A program made the position numbers and the translations under genes. Source: Candidatus Bruticola sp. (GTDB lineage Bacteria; Vulcanimicrobiota; Xenobia; Xenobiales; Xenobiaceae). From it: a stretch of DNA of 64,000 nt. Below the pieces are notes generated by a model. It did not search any database, was not told the DNA's origin, and worked only from the letters and a program-made list of their open reading frames with translations. The stretch lies in contig JBJEGD010000022.1 of the NCBI GenBank assembly GCA_051874735.1, forward strand, positions 64,000-127,999, written 5' to 3'. Shown in pieces: positions 45,870-54,411 of the stretch; position 1 is the stretch's first letter, and every line of letters begins with the position of its first letter.

Positions 45870-46940
45870 TTATATCCAAACTTGACGAAATATCTCCTGT
45901 AAGTCTGGCTCACTTGCAGCAGCCAAAAACTTTAGTTCTGCTTCCGCTTCAGCTAGGCAAAATTTACGAGACAAATATCTTTGACGTTCCAAGCAGCGAC
46001 GACTTGCATAATCAATTTTTAGACCGTTCAGAGGTAAAGCCAACCGACTGCAAGCCCAATGCACTAATCTAGCCTGAGCAGCCAAATGAAAGCAACTAAA
46101 TTTTACCTCCTGACTACGCAAACGTTCATAAAATCGACTAAATTTAATCGGATCTAGTCTAGGACCGAACCCGTCTCCTTCTCCAACAGAAATATACTGC
46201 CCCTGTATACCTCTCTCAAGCTTGCTTTTCAACATAGTGTAATGAAACTTCAACGCCGCGCTCTCGATGTCTGCCCCACCTTTAACAAGTAAATAATGGC
46301 GTTCCAAAAATTCCAAATAATTCCACAGCTTCAATGCAGATCGGTAACAAGAAAACTTAGACAAACAAAAATTGTAAGCAGCCTTCAATGTCATGAGGCG
46401 TTCATCTTCTAGTTCTTTAAGATATGAGTGACGCCATATTGTCTTTACAATGTCCAGTCCAGCTTTTAGATATTGGACGACACTGGATATTTTTGACTGA
46501 CATAATTGCTCCAACCGACTAACCACGTAATTAGGAGTATTAAGCTTGACACCGTGAAATCCGAGTAACAGATTTGAGGCCATATCTCTGAGTTGTCCAA
46601 CTTTAAAGGGTTTAAAAATTAGGCCGTCTAGTTGGGCTTCTTTAAATTGCTCCAGATAGCCTTCGAAGACGGCTGTCAGCAAGATCTGCTTCTGGTTGGG
46701 ATATTTTGCTTTACAGCAGCGCATAATATGAAGAAGCTCGCCAACTTGAGCATTGCCATTTACAACTAACAAATCTGCGCGACAGTCCAATAAATAAGAG
46801 GCTAGCTGTGAGGAACGCCCTTTAAGACGAATTATTTTTCCGGCCAAGTTTTGCAAAGTGCAAAAAAGCAAATCTCCTATAGCAGAATCTTGATCGCAAA
46901 GAACAATGACAGATGTATTAGACACGCACTTTTCCCCCAC
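45870..46940 (-). CDS. Pseudo-receiver domain protein with unknown C-terminal region
   Basis: VLCDQD, DLLVVN (Asn at the phosphoacceptor position), ILLTA, FKPF. Confidence 0.6.
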   Translation of the reverse strand: MGEKCVSNTSVIVLCDQDSAIGDLLFCTLQNLAGKIIRLKGRSSQLASYLLDCRADLLVVNGNAQVGELLHIMRCCKAKYPNQKQILLTAVFEGYLEQFKEAQLDGLIFKPFKVGQLRDMASNLLLGFHGVKLNTPNYVVSRLEQLCQSKISSVVQYLKAGLDIVKTIWRHSYLKELEDERLMTLKAAYNFCLSKFSCYRSALKLWNYLEFLERHYLLVKGGADIESAALKFHYTMLKSKLERGIQGQYISVGEGDGFGPRLDPIKFSRFYERLRSQEVKFSCFHLAAQARLVHWACSRLALPLNGLKIDYASRRCLERQRYLSRKFCLAEAEAELKFLAAASEPDLQEIFRQVWI

Positions 46941-46954
46941 ATTTTAAATCGTAG

Positions 46955-47980
46955 TTAAACTAATTGATAAATAAATTCATAAAGCGGTGCAAACATAGCA
47001 AAAAGCACTGCGGCGGTAATTCCTCCCATCAAGGCCAACAGTATAGGTTCAATTAAGACTGACAATTTATCAATATCGAATTTAATCTGATCATTATAAA
47101 AATGGCTGAGCCGATCTAAAACATTATCAAGACAGCTAGACTCAGTTCCTACATTCAAAGCGCTTATAAAAGATGAAGAGAAGTAACCTCCTGACTGCAA
47201 CGCTCGGCGTAATTCTGCCCCCTCCTCAATTTCTAAAGCAGCCAGTTCTAAAGCCGCTGCCAACGGATAATTATCTAAAGACAAGCCCACAAGCTGCAAA
47301 GAACTATTCAAAGGTAAACCGCTGCGTACCAGCATAGCCATAGTATGACAAAAACGAGCTGTGACAATATTTTTAACTATTTTACCTAATAGTGGAATAT
47401 GCAAAACCAAAATTTGTCCTTGACGTTTGGCTAATGCTGACCAGCGGCACAATTTAAAAAGAGCGGATATTCCCAAAAAACATACTCCAAAAAATATCCA
47501 AAACAGCGAGTTTTGCAACATATTCAACCCAAATAGTAATACAGACGTAGGCCAAGGCAAACTAGTTATAGACGAAAAGATGGGAGAAAATGAAGGCATA
47601 ATGTAAACTGACATTACAATACTGAGCGCCACAAAAATGCAGCAGACAGTACAAGGATACTGAAGAGCTCCTTTGAGCCGACGCTTCATATATAGTTCGA
47701 ATGAAAAAAACTCAGAAATATATAAACAAATTTCGGCTACAGAGCAAGAAGCCTCTCCAGCTCTGATAAGTCCAGTCTCTATCATTTCAAAATAACTGGG
47801 ATGAGAACTCCAAATTTGAGTTAAACTTTCTCCACGGCTAACCGCTTCAGCAGCCTCATACCAAACCTGCTTATCCTTGTAATATTTACAACAGTCGGCT
47901 GCTGATTCAAAAGCTTTTACAATTGGCACCCCAGAGCCCAACATAACTCCTAATTGACGGTATAGAAAGATTTTTTCCAT
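46955..47980 (-). CDS. pilC: Type II secretion F / type IV pilus platform protein (PilC/GspF)
   Basis: RQLGVMLGSGVPI, GESL, LIRAGE, ALQYP, P..LPWPT, RF...MA.LVRSGLPL, VG.ES, LIEPIL, MFAPLY; ATG at 47980 follows GGAGGT. Confidence 0.85.
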   Translation of the reverse strand: MEKIFLYRQLGVMLGSGVPIVKAFESAADCCKYYKDKQVWYEAAEAVSRGESLTQIWSSHPSYFEMIETGLIRAGEASCSVAEICLYISEFFSFELYMKRRLKGALQYPCTVCCIFVALSIVMSVYIMPSFSPIFSSITSLPWPTSVLLFGLNMLQNSLFWIFFGVCFLGISALFKLCRWSALAKRQGQILVLHIPLLGKIVKNIVTARFCHTMAMLVRSGLPLNSSLQLVGLSLDNYPLAAALELAALEIEEGAELRRALQSGGYFSSSFISALNVGTESSCLDNVLDRLSHFYNDQIKFDIDKLSVLIEPILLALMGGITAAVLFAMFAPLYEFIYQLV

Positions 47981-47985
47981 AATTA

Positions 47986-49251
47986 TTACCTCCAGCTTAT
48001 TTTGCTGAAACAAGATGGAGAAATAGAACCATCAGCTGAAGGCCTAGCCAACCACTGGCCTCCATACAAAGTGTTAATATAAATAATGCTGCTACCTGGA
48101 TCTACCCACAAAGCTCTGGGACCAGATCGGCACAATTCTTCAGGCATCGCCGCTTTTATCCATTGGCCCGCACCACTACATTCTTGAAAGATCAATCCAT
48201 ACATAAACTTGTTGTCAATAGTATATACGGCCGATCCCCAACTATTCACAGCCACACTGTGAAGTCGTCCTGCGCCAGAAAATGGCACTTTAAAACAGCT
48301 GCCCCAGGCCGCATAATTGTTAATTTTTTCCTCAATTTTTTGCGGCAGACTGCCCCAATAAAATTGACGAAGACGTCGAAGACTGCCCTCGCAAATCCAC
48401 ACAGAAGTGCCATATTGATCACAAGTGATAGAACGTAAATCCTGAATAGGATTTGATCGGCTAGTTAAGCACATACCATTGTTCCATGAAGACTGAGCTT
48501 GATTCTGAGAATCATCTAAAACCCAAATAGATTGATTAGCTCTATCGGCACAAAATACAAAACACCCCATTTGGTCAGAAGCTATATCTACAATATTAGC
48601 TTCATACTCGTAAGTAAGTTTAGGTATAGCGATATTTTTAGTGCCGATATGCTTGCCCTCGCTATCAAATATCAGCCGGCATAACTTAGGAAGGCGCAGA
48701 TAAGCTAACCAAACGATACCTTGGGCAGGATAACCACACACAGCCCCTATATCGTCCTTGGGAAGGTTACCGAAAAGTTCCTGTTCACACGATGAAGGCA
48801 GCCACAAATTATACTTGCCAAAAGGAGTGCTAAAATTTCGATCTGTAAAGGCTACTTCACTAGCGTAAGTGTGAGCAGAAATTGAAGCCAAACGGTCCTT
48901 GCCCAACAGGCGGCGCAAAGTACACAAGGGAGCACCTTTGTGACCAGTATAAAGAGTTAACAAAGCAAAATCTTGGCTAAACTCAGAAACCTCGACGCTC
49001 CAGCTGTAATCTTGATAAGGTGCGGAAAATTTGCCTTGCATTCTGGCAGACAGAGAGGCCCAAGGACGATTTTGCAGTTCTTCCATTTTCGCTTGGCCCA
49101 AATTTATAGCTGTAGTAAAACGATCAGTACCTAAATTAGCTCTACTGCCGAATGCATAAGTGCTGAATAGACAACTTGCAGCGGCAAAAATTAAAAATAA
49201 TCCCATCAGCAGCTCTATAAGCGTATAAGCGAACTGACGTTGTCTTTTCAT
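47986..49251 (-). CDS. Prepilin-type (PilV/GspI-like) protein fused to a C-terminal beta-propeller-like domain
   Basis: RQFA|YTLIELLMGLFLIF (Glu at +5), KMEEL, DYSWSVEV; then NHL-like repeats DIASDQMGCFVFCAD, SITCDQYGTSVWICE, SVAVNSWGSAVYTID, ALWVDPGSSIIYI. Confidence 0.7.
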   Translation of the reverse strand: MKRQRQFAYTLIELLMGLFLIFAAASCLFSTYAFGSRANLGTDRFTTAINLGQAKMEELQNRPWASLSARMQGKFSAPYQDYSWSVEVSEFSQDFALLTLYTGHKGAPLCTLRRLLGKDRLASISAHTYASEVAFTDRNFSTPFGKYNLWLPSSCEQELFGNLPKDDIGAVCGYPAQGIVWLAYLRLPKLCRLIFDSEGKHIGTKNIAIPKLTYEYEANIVDIASDQMGCFVFCADRANQSIWVLDDSQNQAQSSWNNGMCLTSRSNPIQDLRSITCDQYGTSVWICEGSLRRLRQFYWGSLPQKIEEKINNYAAWGSCFKVPFSGAGRLHSVAVNSWGSAVYTIDNKFMYGLIFQECSGAGQWIKAAMPEELCRSGPRALWVDPGSSIIYINTLYGGQWLARPSADGSISPSCFSKISWR

Positions 49252-49925
49252 AGAAATGTGTCCCCCCTTATTTCTAACTGTGTGTAAATACTTTTATCAA
49301 GTTTAGGCCGCTTAATTGAAAACTTTCCCCCCTGGCGCAGCCCTCGCTCAAGTTCGTTAAAAGAAACGGTTAAACTTAATTCCAAAAATTGTGCTCCGCC
49401 GCGCATGCGACAATTTACTGAATTAATGGAAATGGCAGACAAATCGCGGGCTAAAATTCTTTGAGATAGCATCTGATCGGCATCATCTAAATTGTTAGCC
49501 TGAGGAATAAAATTGGAGCGGTAAACACATTTAGTAAGTTCCCGACTAACGGAGTCCCAATGATAGCCGATTATTGATGAGGTTCCTCCTGCTGGAGGAG
49601 ATTGACGAAAGATAAACTTGAAAACGGTCTGTTCATCACCTTTGACCGAGTAGCCGTCACGCCACTTTTCCGCACTAACTTTAGGCCAAAGAATACTTTG
49701 ACATGATCGCAAATCACGACTAATATTGTCGATACTTAAAGCGGCGGATCGCATAGCCCTCATGCCTTTTTCACTGTGCTTGCAGCTATTAGCTGCTGCA
49801 GAAGCTAACCGCCCTACTAAACTTAAAAAAGTAACAATCAAAGCGCAGCAAATCAGCAATTCAATAATAGTGACTCCGCGTTGATTATTTTTAGTTTTCT
49901 TCCACGCATTTATCGTAAAAAGCAT
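49248..49925 (-). CDS. Prepilin-type minor pilin (PilW/GspJ-like)
   Basis: NQRG|VTIIELLICCALIV, ISRDLR. Confidence 0.75.
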   Translation of the reverse strand: MLFTINAWKKTKNNQRGVTIIELLICCALIVTFLSLVGRLASAAANSCKHSEKGMRAMRSAALSIDNISRDLRSCQSILWPKVSAEKWRDGYSVKGDEQTVFKFIFRQSPPAGGTSSIIGYHWDSVSRELTKCVYRSNFIPQANNLDDADQMLSQRILARDLSAISINSVNCRMRGGAQFLELSLTVSFNELERGLRQGGKFSIKRPKLDKSIYTQLEIRGDTFL

Positions 49926-50391
49926 TTCCCCACCCCTTTGAGAAACTACCAGTCAGATAGATCTTTTTATCTAAGCAGGAAGGCAGACCGCTGCTACTCA
50001 GCGTATCGTAAGCGACTCCCCGCACACAAATTAAAGTTGGCTTAAGTAAGGATATTTCAAAATAATAATTATTAGAATAATCTGGTACGTTGACCCTGGC
50101 TAAAAGCAACTGGCCATTTTCTCCAGATTGAACTGCTTTCAGAGTATTGCCTGGCGCCTTTATTAAGGTATTCTCAGAACCGGTGCTGCAATAATTCAGA
50201 AAATAGTCGCGTCCCGATTCAGCTAAATACCAGGCTTGCAAACTGCGCTCCTGAACCGCCGAGAAATGACGTTCTGTTTGCAAAGAAAGCAAATAGGCGG
50301 CCGCCAAAATCATAATAATGACCATAACAAACATCGACATAATAATGGCACTGCCGCGACACTTTTTGGGAGTGAAAGTAAGACCTTTCAT
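49891..50391 (-). CDS. PilX/GspK-like minor pilin
   Basis: KKCRG|SAIIMSMFVMVIIMILAAAYL (no Glu at +5), QAWYLAESG; probable start ATG 50391. Confidence 0.7.
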   Translation of the reverse strand: MKGLTFTPKKCRGSAIIMSMFVMVIIMILAAAYLLSLQTERHFSAVQERSLQAWYLAESGRDYFLNYCSTGSENTLIKAPGNTLKAVQSGENGQLLLARVNVPDYSNNYYFEISLLKPTLICVRGVAYDTLSSSGLPSCLDKKIYLTGSFSKGWGNAFYDKCVEEN

Positions 50392-50529
50392 TTCAGGTTC
50401 TGTTAATTTACAGCTGATTATCTGGCAGAATAAGAGTGATGAAAAATTCTTCCAACACGCTTCTAAATGATTGTTCAATTCTTGGCCCCCCAATAATCGC
50501 ATTTGCGTATACTAACCAACAGTTAACTT

Positions 50530-50910
50530 TTAATGAATAAACTCGCCTTCCCAAACGGCTTTTAACGCTTTCACTCGTTTGGTACAAAGCTTTTCAACTA
50601 CAGCAAAAGACTCTTGGGCCTGCAGTAAATAGGCTGTGCCTCCACTGCGTTCTAACCAATTCTCTATACAAAAGACAACTAATTGCCAATATTCTATTTC
50701 TTTTTCACTCACTTTCCGCAAAATGCGATCTACCCGCCCTTTAGATACACGACCGGAAGCACGCTGCCTCATTTCTTCGAATTCACGTTTAACACAAGCA
50801 CATCGTTCATCTATACCCCTGCGTATAGAGTGCCAGCTCTTAGAGAATTCATGCGGCGACATTGTACGAGTTCGAGCCTTTTCCAAAAAAATAGGCAAAA
50901 AATTCAGCAT
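50530..50910 (-). CDS. Small helical hypothetical protein at the head of the pilin operon
   Basis: 126-aa ORF with AGGGGG SD, co-oriented with the pilin genes. Confidence 0.55.
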   Translation of the reverse strand: MLNFLPIFLEKARTRTMSPHEFSKSWHSIRRGIDERCACVKREFEEMRQRASGRVSKGRVDRILRKVSEKEIEYWQLVVFCIENWLERSGGTAYLLQAQESFAVVEKLCTKRVKALKAVWEGEFIH

Positions 50911-51037
50911 AATTTTCCCCCCTAAAAAACAATTTGCTGTACAAATTGTTTATACAGCATGATGCTGAAATAAATTGGAAATTAAATTGATAACTGTTAG
51001 CAGGAAAAAATTACAGCCCCCATCTAATTATTAAACT

Positions 51038-52516
51038 GTGATCAAGACAGCACGAATCCTGGTGCTTGAAGATGACGCCTCCCTGAGAGGTATTCTCAGC
51101 CGCGCTCTTCAAGACGAGGGGTTTGAAGTGACGGCTGCGTCAAGGGGGGAATACGCTGTCGTGATCTCCTCGCGCAAATTATTCGATCTAATAGTGTTAG
51201 ATACTTGTACTGTAAGTTTTGAAGCTTTGCTGCCAATCTTGACAGTACATAGTCATCTCCGAGAGGCGGCTGTTCTGGCCTTAACCAGATGCGCCAGTGA
51301 GGAAGATTCGATCAGATCCCTCCGTTCAGGCACGACAGATTGCTTGCGTCAACCCTTCGAATTAGAAACTTTTTTAAATGTAGCTTTATGCCTAATTAGG
51401 CAAAATATTCGCTACCGACAGAATTGCGAATATAACCTGCGCTTGCAGGCTTTGCACTCGTGGTCTATACATACTCTGCTTAGCAGCTTTTCCAAGGGCA
51501 AATTCTCGAGCCAAGTTATAAAGACGGCTCAGCATATTAGTTCTGTGGCTAAAAACTTAGCTCTGCAGGCCGGGCTTGAGGCCCCCACAGTCCAAGAAAT
51601 TGAGATTCACGCCGTTTTGCACCTTCTTAAGCAAGGACTTAAGCCTGATTACGCGCCATCGAATACGGAGCTTTGGGAAGATAGCTTTACACAAAATTAC
51701 TCTCATCCCAAATTTGCCTTAGCTCGCCAGATCATAAGCTCATCTATTTCAGCTGCAGAAGCAGCACCTAACTCTCAGGAGCAGGAAATTCCTAAACTTG
51801 AGTTATTTTTACTGGGTCAATGCAGCATCTGCTTAAATGGCCAGTTAATAGATGATAGAGTTTGGGTAACCCAAAAAATTAAGTATCTCTTTCTGCGCCT
51901 AATAAGTAGCAACACAGATTTAACCTCTGATCAGCTTATCGAAGAATTTTGGCCAGATAGCAGCGGTCAAACTAACTTATGGAAAGCGCTCTCTGTCATA
52001 AAAAAAATTTTTCGCCAAATTTGTCCTAATTTTATACCAATAATGCGCAACTCAGCCTCTATAACATTTAACTCTAAACTTCATATAGAAGCAGACTGGC
52101 GCTTATTAGAATATCATTGGTCAGAATACCGATCACAAAAGCTACTTCAGCATCTTATTTCTATTAAGAAACTAAGCCGTGGCCACTTTTTGCCTCAATG
52201 TTCTATGGAATGGGCGGAAATGAAAAGGGTACACCTAGACTACATTTCTCAGCAGGCTCTAATGAAATTAGCTCACCATGAATATAGTCGAAAAGATTGG
52301 TCTGCTGCGATTGAAACGGCCTCGCAAGCAGCAACTCTTGATCCTCTCAACGAAGAGTGCACTCACCTTTTAATGCAAGCTTATTCAGCGTCTCACCAAC
52401 CGCATTTAGCTATGCAAACTTTTGAAGTGTTCAGAAAGAATATAAAAAAATATCTTGATGCTTCTCCCAGCCCTCAGCTTTTAGAGACCTACCACAAAAT
52501 GTACAAGCGAACATAA
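51038..52516 (+). CDS. Atypical response regulator: receiver domain plus SARP-like wHTH/BTAD domain
   Basis: ILVLEDD, DLIVLD, LT, LRQPF; then LFLLG..I.LNG, LIEEFWPD, RGHFLP.C.MEWA, DPLNEE...LLM.AY, SPSP.L (BTAD). Confidence 0.78.
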   Translation: MIKTARILVLEDDASLRGILSRALQDEGFEVTAASRGEYAVVISSRKLFDLIVLDTCTVSFEALLPILTVHSHLREAAVLALTRCASEEDSIRSLRSGTTDCLRQPFELETFLNVALCLIRQNIRYRQNCEYNLRLQALHSWSIHTLLSSFSKGKFSSQVIKTAQHISSVAKNLALQAGLEAPTVQEIEIHAVLHLLKQGLKPDYAPSNTELWEDSFTQNYSHPKFALARQIISSSISAAEAAPNSQEQEIPKLELFLLGQCSICLNGQLIDDRVWVTQKIKYLFLRLISSNTDLTSDQLIEEFWPDSSGQTNLWKALSVIKKIFRQICPNFIPIMRNSASITFNSKLHIEADWRLLEYHWSEYRSQKLLQHLISIKKLSRGHFLPQCSMEWAEMKRVHLDYISQQALMKLAHHEYSRKDWSAAIETASQAATLDPLNEECTHLLMQAYSASHQPHLAMQTFEVFRKNIKKYLDASPSPQLLETYHKMYKRT

Positions 52517-52558
52517 AAAAATAAGGGCTGAGTCTGACGGTCAGCCCTCATTTTTTTT
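52515..52558. terminator. Bidirectional terminator
   Basis: A tract - agggctga ... tcagccct - T tract between convergent genes. Confidence 0.8.
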
Positions 52559-52570
52559 GCTTACAATCAG

Positions 52571-54253
52571 TTAATCGCCTGTTGAGACGTCTGGCTTATC
52601 TTCCTGTGTACTTTGGGCAGGCTCAGTTTGGGCCACAGAATCGACTGAAGCCGATACAGATTGATTCTGCTTGACTGAACTATCGCTTTCAACGTCTGCA
52701 GACTTTGACGGTGAAGAAATAGATACAGCAGCACTATGTCCAGTCTTAGCCCACCAAACGGCATATATCAAAATAAGCACTGCCGTAGCGAATCCGATAC
52801 AAGCCATAATTTCCCACATAGTAGCCACATTGTGATGATGATACATAAATTGAGTTAATTCCTCGGCACTTCGACCGCTCAAGGCTATCAGCTGATCAAA
52901 AGCTTCACCAGGCTTAACAGCGTCAACTTGAGTAGGAGTCATCAAATTATTATCTATCAGCATCTGCCTGGAAAAAGTATCCTTGGAAGCTAACTTATCA
53001 TAAAGCCGAGGAGCAATCAGCCCTTCCAATGTAGAGCCTATAGCAAAGGACATTTGTCCTAAACCTAAATACATGCCCTTTTTATCATGAGAAGCCAAAT
53101 GGGTGCCAACGAATTCACTGAACTTAGGACTTGACATCATTTCGCCAACGCTGAAAACAGCAATAGACAGTAAACAGAACCACCCCATATGAGATATGCC
53201 GATTAAACACATGGAAATAGCCGCTAAAGCTGTACCTAAAGCAATGCTGTGCAAAATACGCATTTTTGATGAGAGCCAAGCAAAGAAGAAACAAGTGAAC
53301 ATAATCATACCGCAGTTCAAATTCAGCATACCTTCAGGCTGAATATACGATTTTGTCTTATCCAAAATCATAATAAAACCGACTACAGCATTATCAGTAT
53401 TAAGAATATTGGACACGGTAGTAACTACATCACGACTGTCTACCCAATCTCGAATGTGCAGAGGAAGCACATCGAACATACAGTTAAACATAAAATAGAA
53501 ACCGGTAAAAATAGCCAAGAAAACAAATAAATGAGGTCGGCGCAGTTCATTAATAGTTTCCCAAACTATGTTTTTCTGACTTTCTTTTTTAGCCTCACGC
53601 TCCTTGGCTCTGGCTATGCGTTCCTCTAGACCAGGTTCTTTATAAGTCAGAAGCAATAAGAAATTGCAAGCGATAATCAGAGCACAGGCTAAAAAGACGT
53701 GACTCCACTCCATTTTTCTCAAAAAGCCAGCTAAGACTGGGCCTATAAAACCTCCGATATTAACCGTCTGATAGAAAACTCCCCAAGCCATGGAACTATT
53801 TTCCGGTTTGGTAGCTTTAGCTAGGGTACCTTGAATACCAGGCTTAAATATTGCAGTTCCTGTAGCCAAGCACACGGCTCCTAGTAAAAAACCATAAAAA
53901 GTCGGGAAAGCTGCCATAATTAGATAGGCACTCATTTTAACAACAGTAGATATGCCAATCATCAGCTTATATCCGTAGCGATCGGCTAATCCGCCAACGA
54001 AGATAGGAATAAAGCCCTGGAATCCAGACCAGACCATTAAAATAATACCGAATTTGGCAGCAGTCACTCCCAAACCGCCTTCTGATACAGGAGCTGTTGC
54101 GTACAAACCTGCTACAGCACGCACCCCATAATAGGCCAAGCGCTCCACCATTTCCATAGCGCCGACAACCCAAAAGACATACCCTAAGCTCATCAGTGCG
54201 GCTACTAACCCTAATTGTTTTATATCGGTGTGATTCTTATCGTTTTGCCCCAT
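52571..54253 (-). CDS. POT/PTR-family (MFS) proton-dependent oligopeptide transporter
   Basis: EMVERLAYYG (ExxERxxYY), GGLADRYG, FKP, FY..VNIGG, GEMM.SP; multiple TM helices. Confidence 0.85.
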   Translation of the reverse strand: MGQNDKNHTDIKQLGLVAALMSLGYVFWVVGAMEMVERLAYYGVRAVAGLYATAPVSEGGLGVTAAKFGIILMVWSGFQGFIPIFVGGLADRYGYKLMIGISTVVKMSAYLIMAAFPTFYGFLLGAVCLATGTAIFKPGIQGTLAKATKPENSSMAWGVFYQTVNIGGFIGPVLAGFLRKMEWSHVFLACALIIACNFLLLLTYKEPGLEERIARAKEREAKKESQKNIVWETINELRRPHLFVFLAIFTGFYFMFNCMFDVLPLHIRDWVDSRDVVTTVSNILNTDNAVVGFIMILDKTKSYIQPEGMLNLNCGMIMFTCFFFAWLSSKMRILHSIALGTALAAISMCLIGISHMGWFCLLSIAVFSVGEMMSSPKFSEFVGTHLASHDKKGMYLGLGQMSFAIGSTLEGLIAPRLYDKLASKDTFSRQMLIDNNLMTPTQVDAVKPGEAFDQLIALSGRSAEELTQFMYHHHNVATMWEIMACIGFATAVLILIYAVWWAKTGHSAAVSISSPSKSADVESDSSVKQNQSVSASVDSVAQTEPAQSTQEDKPDVSTGD

Positions 54254-54411
54254 GTATGGCTCTCTTTCTTATAGGACCAAACGAGCTATCTGCCCTAACC
54301 AACATAAGCCCGCTAATTAATATCTAGATTAGTAACAAAAAAAGCGGTCTACCTTAACTAAAAATAAAGCAAACCGCCCTAGTGGCGTTATAAATTTAGA
54401 ACTTCAAATTT

